NCBI GenBank assembly: GCA_045605805.1
Contig: JAZUQR010000027.1
Location: 32,001 to 96,000 of the forward strand
Direction of reading: 5' to 3'
Origin: Alphaproteobacteria bacterium
Lineage (GTDB): Bacteria; Pseudomonadota; Alphaproteobacteria; CAAHEQ01; UBA3637
DNA length: 64,000 nucleotides
A program made the translations under genes and the position numbers. Under the pieces are notes generated by a model. That model did no database searches. It was not told the DNA's origin and worked only from the letters and a program-made list of their open reading frames with translations. Each line of letters starts with the position of its first letter. Within the stretch, counting starts at the first letter, position 1. Positions 12,801 through 22,202 of the stretch are shown one piece after another.

Positions 12801-12973
12801 CCATTGGCAAATGGAGGGCCATCATAAAACACAAACTCATCCCCCGCCTGACGGGCATCTTTTACTTTTTCAAAAATATGATTCTCATCCCAAATCTTCA
12901 ATACGGATTCTTCCATTTTGGGAAATTCGCATTTTGCATTCAATTCGGGATAGTATTTTTGTTTATCAGTCAT
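9854..12973 (-). CDS. ileS: Isoleucine-tRNA ligase, type 2 (IleRS2)
   Basis: Motifs DGPPFANG.PHYGH, GWDCHGLP, WTTTPWT and KMSKK. Long C-terminus (EGVARDFVRMVQQLRK) with no zinc finger. Confidence 0.96.
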   Translation of the reverse strand: MTDKQKYYPELNAKCEFPKMEESVLKIWDENHIFEKVKDARQAGDEFVFYDGPPFANGQPHYGHIFVSYVKDAVARFQTMLGKKVERPFGWDCHGLPAEMNAEKALGISGHKAIEEYGVDKFNKYCQEAVLKYSSDFVDLFHRMGRWLDPDLEYRTMDLPFMESVICNFKALYDKGLIYQDYRVQPYSWAAQTVLSNFEVNQPGCYRDKVDTAITVMFKLENGMNLLVWTTTPWTLFSNQMIAVGADIDYAVMEENGEKYVLAEALKGRYAKQLENATQVATLKGADLVDLSYEPMFPYFAHLKDKGCFKVLAGEFVSTEDGTGLVHIAPGFGADDFEVCRKQDARFPIVCPVDEAGCFTAEVPEVQGRQVFDANEYVLNYLKEKHILVKKEQITHTYPYCWRTDTPLIYKAMSGWFVDVPKFRDELCALNQSITWTPEHIKEGRFGKWLEGAREWSISRTRFWGAPIPVWQSDNPQYPRTDVFGSVAEIKEKTGFDVKDLHRPVIDEVVYPNPDDPTGKSMMRRVPDVFDCWFESGSMPVGQVHYPFERKEWFENHFPADFIAEGVDQTRGWFYSLHVLGTALHHRPAFKHCMVTGLVMAEGGVKMSKKLGNYPDPYVILNTSGADALRWFLLSSSMVHGGNVCMDYEGKDVAKAMRKAVLPFWNAYYFFCLYANAEGVKANMATSATDVLDRYILGKLKNLVENTKAEMVAYDMPAAAENFAEFLDILNNWYIRRSRERFWDGTDAKAFDTLYTVLVTLSKVMAPLMPFLTDMVYRGLTGEESVHLTLWPDVSALADEKALIEYMDMVRSISSTAKAIREENRLRNRLPLAKMTVAGEHTEGLADFVELLKDEVNVKEVVFNTDVTAVADKFLYLKTPLIGKRLGAAMGAIMAASKQNQWSVNDNGTLAIAGQTLTADEFELRLNMKEGFKGQALPDNRAVVQLDVTVLPELEREGVARDFVRMVQQLRKDKGLDVSDRIVLTWSCESDLVQEAFKEHAAYIADQVLAVSFIQGVETPDKTEELGDAKVAFALQKAV

Positions 12974-13015
12974 CTGTAAATCCTTCAAAAAAAATAAAGT
13001 TAAAATCTAAGGTAG

Positions 13016-13044
13016 ATTGTACCAAAAAATAAGAAAAAAATCAA
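13016..13044 (-). promoter_or_regulatory. Sigma70-type promoter of ileS
   Basis: TTGATT-N17-TACAAT on the minus strand, with a TGn extended -10. Confidence 0.6.
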
Positions 13045-13050
13045 GAAGTT

Positions 13051-13587
13051 TTAAGTTAAAGAAAGAATCAATGTATTTTCGCCCGCATTCAGGCGAATAA
13101 TCAACCCTTCCTCTTGCGCCAAATGAACCAGCCACACAGCCATTACATTTTTAACATCACAAGGGATTTGAGTGCCCATTAAACATTGAATAAAAAGATC
13201 ATCACAATGAAAAGAATCACCATAAATATGAAGGGTTTTGTCCTTCAAAACCAACTTACCGTCTGTGCCAAGCAATTCCAATCCAACCGCCAATAAAGCC
13301 AACTGCAAGCGACAAACACAGTCCCCTTCAAAATCCACATGATAAGCCAAAGTTTGGATATAATTCAAAAATAAATCATTTGTAATAGTTTTGGTATCTG
13401 CCCCAAACAAAGCCCTAAAAAAGTTAAGCCGAGCCACTAACTGGTGCGAACTGGTTTCCAATAAATCCACTGATTCCGGAATAAAGGAAGCATCCATTTT
13501 CATCAAATCCACCGTGTTGGCAAAAGCCCCAACAGCCCCTGCCAAATCATGGCTCATACGCACAACAATTGCTTCATTCAGTGTCAT
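13051..13587 (-). CDS. chpT: Histidine phosphotransferase, ChpT-like
   Basis: VRMSHDLAGAVGAFANTVDLM matches the ChpT H-box (SRLCHDLxxPVGAxxNGLELL); ARLNFFRALFG also matches. Confidence 0.75.
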   Translation of the reverse strand: MTLNEAIVVRMSHDLAGAVGAFANTVDLMKMDASFIPESVDLLETSSHQLVARLNFFRALFGADTKTITNDLFLNYIQTLAYHVDFEGDCVCRLQLALLAVGLELLGTDGKLVLKDKTLHIYGDSFHCDDLFIQCLMGTQIPCDVKNVMAVWLVHLAQEEGLIIRLNAGENTLILSLT

Positions 13588-14459
13588 TTTGACTTGCCTT
13601 TCCCCACCATTTTACCCAAATTATCCACCGAGTCAACCCAAAAAGCACCAGCCTCTGTCAAAACTTGTTTTTTCAAATCAATAATATCGGCAAACCGAAC
13701 TGTTTTCATCCCCAGCAACGGATGCTTATCGGATTTTTCCAACGATCGTCCTGGGATATAAACCCACAAGGGCTTTTTGTTTTTTTGTTTTTTATAAAAA
13801 GCCGCCAACTCATATTCCAATTCACCATGCACTTGACCAATAAGAACAATTTTTTTTGTTTTTTCATCTTTTAACAAAGCCTTCATCGGCTCAACAAACG
13901 AAGTACCAATTAGGTGATCTGCCCCCAAAGAAATAAAAGCAGACAAACCCAATCTTTTATCTTTAAGTTGCGTTGCAGTCTCTAACATAAGCGAGGCTGA
14001 TCGCCCCAACAAAGCCACAGAACCATTCAAAAACAAATGCAACGGCACAGAACCAACAACCGTTTCACCAGCCACACCAATTCCCATTGAGGAAGGGCCC
14101 AACAAACATACTTTTGCACTTTTTGCCAGAGCTTTCATCTTTAACGCATCGTGCATCGGCACCGATTCTGTAATACAAACAATCATTTTGATACCAGCTC
14201 GCACCGCCTCAGTAACATCAGCTAACGCATGCGCAGGTGTTGAAAAAATCACACTGATTTGCGGCTTTTTTTCTCGCACCGCTTCGGCCACCGTCTTAAA
14301 AACAGGCACCCCTAAAAAGTGGCGGATATTTTTGTCTGCACTGATACCGGCAACGATATTTGCCCCATAAGCCAAAGCCAATTCTGTATGCACAGCCCCA
14401 ACTTGGCTGGTAATCCCTTGACATAAAATAGGCGTTTCTTTCTTTGGTAAAAAAAACAT
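13584..14459 (-). CDS. sucD: Succinyl-CoA synthetase alpha-like protein, catalytic motifs degenerate
   Basis: CQGIT, YGANIVAG, PVFKTVAEAV and IVCITE..P.HD give the SucD fold, but RMGHAG is absent. Confidence 0.8.
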   Translation of the reverse strand: MFFLPKKETPILCQGITSQVGAVHTELALAYGANIVAGISADKNIRHFLGVPVFKTVAEAVREKKPQISVIFSTPAHALADVTEAVRAGIKMIVCITESVPMHDALKMKALAKSAKVCLLGPSSMGIGVAGETVVGSVPLHLFLNGSVALLGRSASLMLETATQLKDKRLGLSAFISLGADHLIGTSFVEPMKALLKDEKTKKIVLIGQVHGELEYELAAFYKKQKNKKPLWVYIPGRSLEKSDKHPLLGMKTVRFADIIDLKKQVLTEAGAFWVDSVDNLGKMVGKGKSK

Positions 14460-14461
14460 TT

Positions 14462-15616
14462 TTATCTCCCTTTCACCGCTTGAATAATCGCCCGCACAGC
14501 ATCATCTGTTTTTGTTTTGATAATAAACGGCAAACGAGATTCAAATAAAACCCGTTGACCGATTTCAGCATTCATTCCGTCAATACGCACAACAATCGGC
14601 AACCCAACAGCCATCTCCGGCGAAGCAGCAATAAGGCCTTCTGCCAACAAATCACAACGAGTTGTTCCCCCAAAGATATTGATAAGCACACCATCCACAT
14701 TGGGTTCAGATAAAACCAACTTTAATGCCTTTGTCACCGTTTCTTTTGTGGGCTTTGTTCCCACATCCAACAAAGCAGCCGCCCAACCACCTTTGCGTTG
14801 AATCAAATCTAAGGTTGCCCAGCCTAAACCAATACCATTTACAACACAAGCGATATTGCCTTTAAGTCCCATATATCGGAAATGATTCTGTCTGGCCAAC
14901 TTTTCTCGTTCCTTACCAACCCGAGATTCAATTAAAGAAACCAGCTCTGGAAACTTACCCACAGTATTGGGATCAAAAACCAAACGCCCATCCAAAACTT
15001 TCAAAGAACCATCTTTTAATACAACAATCGGTGATAATTCAACAGCCACCGCCCCATAGTGTTTGAACAACCGATATGTTTTTTTCACAACACCGGAAAA
15101 AGGACAAGACTTTGGCGCCTCTTTACCATAAATAAAGGCCAACGCTTTGTCCATCACAACAGCATTCAATCCATCTGTTAAAACAAAAGATTTGGATTGT
15201 CCCCTGTTGTTTTCAAGTGTAAACATCTCACATTGTTTTTCAAAGTTCACCCGAAAAATCAACCGACATAAAATATCTGCCTGATCAAAACCGGCTTCAA
15301 TATAAATCTTTTGCACTTCAAACAAAGGATGCATACCTGCAATCCAATCGGGCTTTGCAAACAACTTGGCCGCCACCGCAGCCACCTGTTTTTTATCCGT
15401 CACACAAGCATATCCATCCACACAGGTATCTGCCTCTAAAACCCGACCGTATGAACGATGCATATCCATTACTTGGGCCCGCAAAAAGTAAGGTCCTCTG
15501 CCCAATTTAGAAACAAGACAGTCCGCCTCCTCTGGGCTGTAAGCCACTGCCCCTTTTAACACAGGCAAACCAGCCTGCTTAAAAATGCGTTTGACATGAT
15601 ATTCTTGTAATTCCAT
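14462..15616 (-). CDS. sucC: Succinyl-CoA synthetase beta-like protein, ATP-grasp motifs degenerate
   Basis: MELQEY start, GNIACVVNG.GL, LDVG and NIFGG..RCD present; GGRGK missing. Confidence 0.8.
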   Translation of the reverse strand: MELQEYHVKRIFKQAGLPVLKGAVAYSPEEADCLVSKLGRGPYFLRAQVMDMHRSYGRVLEADTCVDGYACVTDKKQVAAVAAKLFAKPDWIAGMHPLFEVQKIYIEAGFDQADILCRLIFRVNFEKQCEMFTLENNRGQSKSFVLTDGLNAVVMDKALAFIYGKEAPKSCPFSGVVKKTYRLFKHYGAVAVELSPIVVLKDGSLKVLDGRLVFDPNTVGKFPELVSLIESRVGKEREKLARQNHFRYMGLKGNIACVVNGIGLGWATLDLIQRKGGWAAALLDVGTKPTKETVTKALKLVLSEPNVDGVLINIFGGTTRCDLLAEGLIAASPEMAVGLPIVVRIDGMNAEIGQRVLFESRLPFIIKTKTDDAVRAIIQAVKGR

Positions 15617-15677
15617 AGAAAAACCCCTTTTATATAAAAAGAGTTTGGCATAAAAAACAAATAAAATCAAGGAAAAA

Positions 15678-18600
15678 TTATACTTGCTTCATTTCCAAAA
15701 TACCACTAATCTGTGACAATTTGGATAAAGTGTCCGGATGCAGCATATACCGCTTTGGCAAAGCCATTTCCACCTCATTTTCACCCGAGGTTAAAATCAT
15801 AAACACACGACTTTTGCCTTCTTTGTCTGCATCTAAAACTTCACTGATTTGGGCAATACATTGGGGATATTTTGCATCAATTTTCAAAATCAAAGTCGTG
15901 GCAGTCTTGCTCATCATATCAGCCAACAATTCCACCGATAAAATACGCAAACTGATTTGTTCTTCCCCTTCTCGTTTCTCTGCCTGAACCGTAAACAGCA
16001 AAGGCTGACCCGAATTCAAATATTCCCGTCCCGCTTCCAAAGTATCCGCAAAACAAATGGCATCAAACGCCCCTGATTTATCACTGGCCGAAACAAACGC
16101 AAAGCGATTGCCTTTTTGACTTATCCGTTCCCGAACATTGGAAACAATGCCGGCAATTTGCCCCCGAAACACACCAGCCGTTTGAACCAAACCAGCAACA
16201 TCCGCATAATCCACCACACGCATTCTTTCCAACACAGATTGAAACGAATCCAATGGATGAGCCGACAAATAAAAGCCTAAGGCTTCCTTTTCATACTCCA
16301 ATTTTTCCATAGAGGGCCATTCGGCAAAAGAAGCCAATTTTAACCGATTTGCATTGGTATCTTGACCAAACAATCCCATTTGAGAACTGTTTTTCGTGGC
16401 TGTCTGATCGGCCGCATAAGCAATCATTTTTTCCACATTGTTAAACAAACAGGAACGATTCGGCTCTAAACATTCAAACGCCCCAGCCTTGGCAAGATTT
16501 TCCACATAGCGTTTATTCAAAGCAGAAACATCTACCCGTCTTAAAAAATCTTCCACAGACTTAAACGGGCCGTTTTTCTCTCTTTCTTCCACAACGGTTT
16601 TCATGCCGGCCTCACCCACATTTTTAACGGCCGACAAAGCATAACGCACAGCCCCATTTTCCACCGTAAAATCCACGCCAGATTGGTTGATATCAGGGGG
16701 CAAAACCTTAAAACCGTTCATATGTAAATCGTTTTTGAAAAATGCCAATTTATCAGTATTGATTTTATCCAAAGTCATAGTTGCAGCCATAAACTCCACA
16801 GGAAAATGAGCTTTCAAATAAGCTGTTTGATAAGCAATAAAAGCATACGCAGCCGCATGCGCTTTGTTAAAACCATATTCGGCAAACTTGGCCATCTTAT
16901 CAAACACTTTTTCGGCCACTTTTTCATCCACACCTTTTTCTTTTGCCCCTGCCATAAACTTCACTTTTTCGGCCGGCAACAGCTCGGCTTTTTTCTTTCC
17001 CATAATCCGGCGCAACAAGTCGGCTCCGCCCAAAGTAAAGCCCGCCATTTCCCGTGAGATTTGCATCACCTGTTCTTGATAAATCATAATACCATAGGTT
17101 TCCTTCAAAATCGGCTCTAACATCGGGTGCATATAATCCGGTTTTTCTTCGCCTTTTTTAACCTTAATATAATCAGGAATAGAATCCATTGGCCCAGGGC
17201 GATAAAGTGATACCAACGCCACAATATCTTCAATCTTGTCCGGTTGCATATCATGCAAAATCTTTTTCATCCCTGTGGATTCTAATTGGAAGACACCGGT
17301 TGTGTCTGCCCGCTTTAACAAGTCAAATGTTTTAACATCATCCAAAGGAATATGATCAATATCCACATCAATACCTTTAAGTTTAATCAAATCCAAAGTC
17401 TTTTTAATGGTTGTTAAAGTTTTAAGGCCCAAAAAGTCAAACTTGATTAAACTGGCTTCTTCCACATATTTCATATCATATTGCGTCACCGGCATATCCG
17501 AAGAAGGATCTTTGTAAATCGGCACAATTTCATCCAAAGGTTTGTTGCCAATCACAACACCAGCCGCATGCGTAGAAGTATTCCGATAAAGCCCCTCTAA
17601 CTTTACAGCAATTTCAAAAAGATATTTAATGGCTTCATCTTTTTCAATTTCTTCTTTAATTTTTGGTTCTTCATCAAAGGCTTTGGATAAAGTCATTTTT
17701 GGATCGGCAGGAATCAGCTTAGACAAACGGTCCACCACAGGATAAGGGATTTGCAACACACGCCCTACATCCCGAATCACAGCCTTTGCCTGCAACTTAC
17801 CAAAAGTAATGATTTGAGCCACATGATCAAAACCATAATGATTTTGTACATATTCAATTGTTTTTTCTCTGCGTTCCTGACAAAAGTCCACATCAATATC
17901 GGGCATATTCACCCGTTCCGGATTCAAAAAGCGTTCAAACACCAAATCAAAGCGCAACGGATCAATATCGGTAATCATCAAACACCAGGCCACAACCGAA
18001 CCGGCACCAGAGCCACGCCCCGGCCCCACAGGCACACCGTTTCGTTTGGACCATTGAATAAAATCAGCCACAATCAAAAAATAGCCTGGGAATCCCATTT
18101 GCTTGATAACACCCAGTTCAAACTCCATCTGTTGATGATATTTTTCAACATCTTCTTCACTTCGGCCTTCCATGCGTTTTTTGAAACCTTCTTCGGCCAT
18201 ATCCCGCAAGGCCTCATCCTCGGTTCTGCCTTGGCAATCAAAGTTCGGAAACGCAGGCTTTTTAACTTCCGCCATAAAAGCACACCGTTTGGCAATTTGT
18301 ACCGTATTTTGTATGGCCTCGGGAATATCCGCAAACAATTGGCACATTTCCTCTTCGGTTTTCAAATAATGTTCTGGCGTCACCCGTCTGCGATTTTGCT
18401 CAGATACATAAGTTTTTTCGGCAATACACAACAAGGCATCATGGGCTTCATACATATCTGGCGTTAAAAAATAAGCATCATTCGTGGCCACAAGCGGAAT
18501 ATCATATTGATAAGCCAAATCAATAAACCCCTGTTCCGTCATCTGTTCAGGCTCAGTCCCATGCCGTTGCAATTCAATATAAAGCCGATTCGGATAGGCT

Positions 18601-19103
18601 TTTTTCAACGCTTCGGTCAATTCCTGAGCAAACTCTTTTTGGCCGTTTAACAAAGGACGCCCTAAAATCCCTTCTACCCCACCGGTCAACAACAATAAAC
18701 CTTCGGTATGCTGTAAAATCTCATCAAAAGTTAAATAAGTTTCTCCGTGTTTATCTTGGCCCATATAATACTTGGAAAAGTATTTTAACAGATTTTGATA
18801 TCCTTGTTCATTTTGAACCAAAAACACAACCTTATCAAAAGTATCCGCCTCATCCGAAAATTGATTTTTGTCTTTCTTGGGTGATTTAACCAATAACTGC
18901 GTTCCCAAAATAGGTTGAATCCCCTTCGGGGGCATCTCATGCATCATCGCCATCGCCCCGCAAATATTGCCCGAATCGGTGGCCGCAATAGCCGGCATAT
19001 TGTGTTCCACAGCCCAATCTGCCAACTTAGGCATTTTAATAGCCCCTTCCAATAAAGAATAGGCAGTATGCACATGCAGGTGTATGTATTTAGGCTCTGA
19101 CAT
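15678..19103 (-). CDS. dnaE: DNA polymerase III alpha subunit
   Basis: PHP domain HLHVHTAYSLLEG; GPGRGSGAGS, MPDIDVDF, KFDFLGL and YGFNKAH. Confidence 0.98.
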   Translation of the reverse strand: MSEPKYIHLHVHTAYSLLEGAIKMPKLADWAVEHNMPAIAATDSGNICGAMAMMHEMPPKGIQPILGTQLLVKSPKKDKNQFSDEADTFDKVVFLVQNEQGYQNLLKYFSKYYMGQDKHGETYLTFDEILQHTEGLLLLTGGVEGILGRPLLNGQKEFAQELTEALKKAYPNRLYIELQRHGTEPEQMTEQGFIDLAYQYDIPLVATNDAYFLTPDMYEAHDALLCIAEKTYVSEQNRRRVTPEHYLKTEEEMCQLFADIPEAIQNTVQIAKRCAFMAEVKKPAFPNFDCQGRTEDEALRDMAEEGFKKRMEGRSEEDVEKYHQQMEFELGVIKQMGFPGYFLIVADFIQWSKRNGVPVGPGRGSGAGSVVAWCLMITDIDPLRFDLVFERFLNPERVNMPDIDVDFCQERREKTIEYVQNHYGFDHVAQIITFGKLQAKAVIRDVGRVLQIPYPVVDRLSKLIPADPKMTLSKAFDEEPKIKEEIEKDEAIKYLFEIAVKLEGLYRNTSTHAAGVVIGNKPLDEIVPIYKDPSSDMPVTQYDMKYVEEASLIKFDFLGLKTLTTIKKTLDLIKLKGIDVDIDHIPLDDVKTFDLLKRADTTGVFQLESTGMKKILHDMQPDKIEDIVALVSLYRPGPMDSIPDYIKVKKGEEKPDYMHPMLEPILKETYGIMIYQEQVMQISREMAGFTLGGADLLRRIMGKKKAELLPAEKVKFMAGAKEKGVDEKVAEKVFDKMAKFAEYGFNKAHAAAYAFIAYQTAYLKAHFPVEFMAATMTLDKINTDKLAFFKNDLHMNGFKVLPPDINQSGVDFTVENGAVRYALSAVKNVGEAGMKTVVEEREKNGPFKSVEDFLRRVDVSALNKRYVENLAKAGAFECLEPNRSCLFNNVEKMIAYAADQTATKNSSQMGLFGQDTNANRLKLASFAEWPSMEKLEYEKEALGFYLSAHPLDSFQSVLERMRVVDYADVAGLVQTAGVFRGQIAGIVSNVRERISQKGNRFAFVSASDKSGAFDAICFADTLEAGREYLNSGQPLLFTVQAEKREGEEQISLRILSVELLADMMSKTATTLILKIDAKYPQCIAQISEVLDADKEGKSRVFMILTSGENEVEMALPKRYMLHPDTLSKLSQISGILEMKQV

Positions 19104-19186
19104 TCGGTATCCTTTGCTAACAAAAGTATATCAGATTTTCCCAAAAAAATCAAGGGAAAACAACCGTCAATTTAAGACAAAAAAAG

Positions 19187-19867
19187 TCATTCCAGTTCTT
19201 GGATTTTACCATCAACCACACAAATACGACGATCCATTTTGGCCGCTAACTCTGGATTATGTGTGGCAAGCAAAGCGGACAAGCCGGTTTCTCGCACAAT
19301 GTTTAAGAAAATATCAAACACTTCATCCGCTGTTTTCGGATCAAGATTACCTGTTGGTTCATCCGCCAATAATAAAGCCGGCCTGTTGGCCAAAGCTCTG
19401 GCAATGGCCACCCGTTGTTGTTCACCACCGGATAATTGTCCTGCCCTGTGGGTTAAACGATGGGAAAGGCCCACAATCTGCAACAACTCTTTGGCCCGTA
19501 CCTTAGCCTGTTTTTTGTCAACACCAGCAATCAGTTGGGGCATCATCACATTTTCCAAGGCATTAAAATCCGGCAACAACAAATGAGATTGATAAACAAA
19601 ACCAACGGTTTTTTGACGCAACTTTGTCCGCCCCTCATCCGTCATTTTTGTGGCATTTTCACCCATCATTTCTATACACCCACCTGTGGGGGCATCTAAC
19701 AATCCAGCAATATGCAATAAAGTTGATTTACCTGAACCACTTGGCCCAACCAAAGCCACAATTTCCCCCGATTTGATTTCTAAATTGATGTCTTTCAAAA
19801 TCTCCAATTTCACCGAGCCTTTTCCAAAACAGCGGCTGATATGTGTCAATTTCAATACACTACTCAT
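19187..19867 (-). CDS. lolD: Lipoprotein-releasing ABC transporter ATPase
   Basis: GPSGSGKST, GFVYQ.H.LLPDF, LSGGEQQRVAIARAL and DEPTGNLD. Confidence 0.93.
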   Translation of the reverse strand: MSSVLKLTHISRCFGKGSVKLEILKDINLEIKSGEIVALVGPSGSGKSTLLHIAGLLDAPTGGCIEMMGENATKMTDEGRTKLRQKTVGFVYQSHLLLPDFNALENVMMPQLIAGVDKKQAKVRAKELLQIVGLSHRLTHRAGQLSGGEQQRVAIARALANRPALLLADEPTGNLDPKTADEVFDIFLNIVRETGLSALLATHNPELAAKMDRRICVVDGKIQELE

Positions 19868-21107
19868 ATCTTAATGCCTCCACAGGATCTGTCTTACTGG
19901 CCTTCCAACTGGGATATAAAGTGGCCACCAACGCCAAAATCAAACTCATCACAGCCACCCAAGTCACCTCCACCAATTCCACTTTGGCAGGCAAATGGGA
20001 AAGAAAATAGATTTCGGCTGAAAACAACTCTTTGCCCGATAAACCTTCCAACCAATTTTTAATGGCATCAATGTTATAGCTGAACGACAATCCCAACAAA
20101 ACACCGGCCAAAGTTCCCACAAAACCAACCGTTAAACCGGCCAATAAAAACACCCGCTGAACGCTGCTTTTACTCATCCCCATCGTGCGTAAAACAGCAA
20201 TATCTTTACCTTTGTCTTGAACCAACATAATCAAACCGGAAATCATATTAAAAGCCGCCACAATAATAATCAAAGTAAGAATTAAAAACATCACATTTCG
20301 TTCCACTTCCACCGCATTAAAAAAGGCCTTATTCGTATGCCGCCAATCATAAACACTGGCCTGATTCCCAACTGCGTCAAAAGTTTCATCTAATGCTTTT
20401 TCGGCATCAGCCAAGTCTGTGGCAAAAACCTCTAAATGAGAAACAGCCTCTTTCATCGCAAAAAACTTTTGGGCATCCGCCAAAGTCATAAACACATAGT
20501 TGCCGTCATATTCGCTCATCCCTGTGTCAAACACACCAATCACCGTATAACTTTTCATTTTGGGCATAGAACCAAAGGCCGTTAAATTGGCTTTTGGAGA
20601 AATAAAAGTAATTTTATCCCCAACACGCACACCTAAACGAGCCGCCAAACGCCATCCCAAAATCACCGTTCCTTTGTCAAAATGAATCAGATTTTCACCT
20701 TGATATTTATCTTTTAATAAAGCTCTGTTTTCAAAATCTTCTTTGGCCATTCCTCGCACCATCACACCAGCTTGGCCGTTTTCTGTGGAAAGCATCGCCT
20801 GCCCATCCACAACAGGAATCACTGCCGAAACATGGTTTAAGGCAACCACTTTTTGCTTCAAAGCATCATAATCTGTCAACATCACATTTTCATAGGCAGG
20901 ATAAACACCCAAATGGCCATTCAAACCCAAAATCCGGCCCATCAGCTCGGCCTTAAAGCCGTTCATCACACTCATCACAATAATCAAAGTGGCAACACCC
21001 AGCATAATGCCCAAAAAAGAAAAACCGGCAATAACGGAAACAAACCCCGTTCGTTTTCTGGAACGCAGATAGCGAAAAGCAATCATTCTCTCGGTTTTAT
21101 TAAACAT
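19860..21107 (-). CDS. lolE: Lipoprotein-releasing ABC transporter permease LolC/E
   Basis: IAFRYLRSR..FVSVI, VMSVMNGF and TLYPSWKA..DPVEALRYE. Confidence 0.92.
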   Translation of the reverse strand: MFNKTERMIAFRYLRSRKRTGFVSVIAGFSFLGIMLGVATLIIVMSVMNGFKAELMGRILGLNGHLGVYPAYENVMLTDYDALKQKVVALNHVSAVIPVVDGQAMLSTENGQAGVMVRGMAKEDFENRALLKDKYQGENLIHFDKGTVILGWRLAARLGVRVGDKITFISPKANLTAFGSMPKMKSYTVIGVFDTGMSEYDGNYVFMTLADAQKFFAMKEAVSHLEVFATDLADAEKALDETFDAVGNQASVYDWRHTNKAFFNAVEVERNVMFLILTLIIIVAAFNMISGLIMLVQDKGKDIAVLRTMGMSKSSVQRVFLLAGLTVGFVGTLAGVLLGLSFSYNIDAIKNWLEGLSGKELFSAEIYFLSHLPAKVELVEVTWVAVMSLILALVATLYPSWKASKTDPVEALRYE

Positions 21108-21256
21108 AGTTGATACTGTACACAGTTTTCTGAAAAAATGCAACGGAATTTTGAAAAACAAAATAAAGATTGACAAAACAATCAAAAACCGTTAAAATAC
21201 TTATCCCTACAAAAAAGGAATAAAAAACCAGTCAAACCAGAGCACAAGCAACAAAA

Positions 21257-22183
21257 ATGACAAAACTGAACACAAAACAACAACAATTAAAAGCAGAACG
21301 GGAAAAAAAAGAAATAACCCTTAAAACTGCATGGGATAAACTCAGCCCGAAACAAAGAAAAATATGTAAACAAAACAAGCAAGAACTCACCCAACAGTTT
21401 TTGCAACACTCTATGGGCAATCCTCTGATATATCAAGAAGGATGGATACAATCACAAGCCATTCGCCGTCTGGAACAAATGACACCGGAAGAAATTATAA
21501 ACTTAAAACAAGATAAAAGTGACCTGACAATCATCATACGTCAATTGGCACAAGAACAAAACGAATGGGATAAACAACACGAACAAGAACAACAAAAAAA
21601 ATATCTGTCACTCCCCACAAATAAGGAAGCATTCCAAAAAGGAATCCAACAAGTCAAACAAAACCTGTTCGACACAAACGATACAAGGGAATATATCAAA
21701 GCCTATCATACGGTTCATAACCAAATCAACAAACTCAATGCGCCTCCCTATCAAAGTTATACCTTTAATACAGAAACAAAAGAACGGATGCAACAAGGTT
21801 TAGATTCCATTGAACCAACCAAATTGATAGAAACAACAGCCTCATATACGCCCACAGAAATGGCTATTACATGCGATATTATCAATTTACAAAAACAAAA
21901 GGAACTAGCCAATAAAAACATTTCAAATCAAAGCCTGCAAACATTGATATTGGGCAGTGCAACAATTGGTTCAGCAAAATATGCCTCCACAAAACAAGGG
22001 AACCCATTTTTAGCATGGGGGATAACAGGCCTGATTGGACTTTTGGCATTCATTAAATTATACCAAACATTCAAAGCAAGTCAACACAGCAAAAACGCCC
22101 AACAAAAAATCAATCGGTACAAACACACCGCAACAATAAAGGCCTTGCTCAATACATTACAAAACAATCAAACAACACATTAA
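21257..22183 (+). CDS. Hypothetical Q/K-rich protein with two C-terminal hydrophobic segments
   Basis: 308-aa ORF with A-rich codons and its own upstream promoter-like region; no family recognised. Confidence 0.65.
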   Translation: MTKLNTKQQQLKAEREKKEITLKTAWDKLSPKQRKICKQNKQELTQQFLQHSMGNPLIYQEGWIQSQAIRRLEQMTPEEIINLKQDKSDLTIIIRQLAQEQNEWDKQHEQEQQKKYLSLPTNKEAFQKGIQQVKQNLFDTNDTREYIKAYHTVHNQINKLNAPPYQSYTFNTETKERMQQGLDSIEPTKLIETTASYTPTEMAITCDIINLQKQKELANKNISNQSLQTLILGSATIGSAKYASTKQGNPFLAWGITGLIGLLAFIKLYQTFKASQHSKNAQQKINRYKHTATIKALLNTLQNNQTTH

Positions 22184-22202
22184 ACGAAAAAAGGAGAATA
22201 AA

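Noticed and set aside
13584-15616. sucC/sucD as decaying pseudogenes
   Set aside because: Both frames are uninterrupted, near full length and tightly coupled, so they are reported as candidate pseudoenzymes instead.
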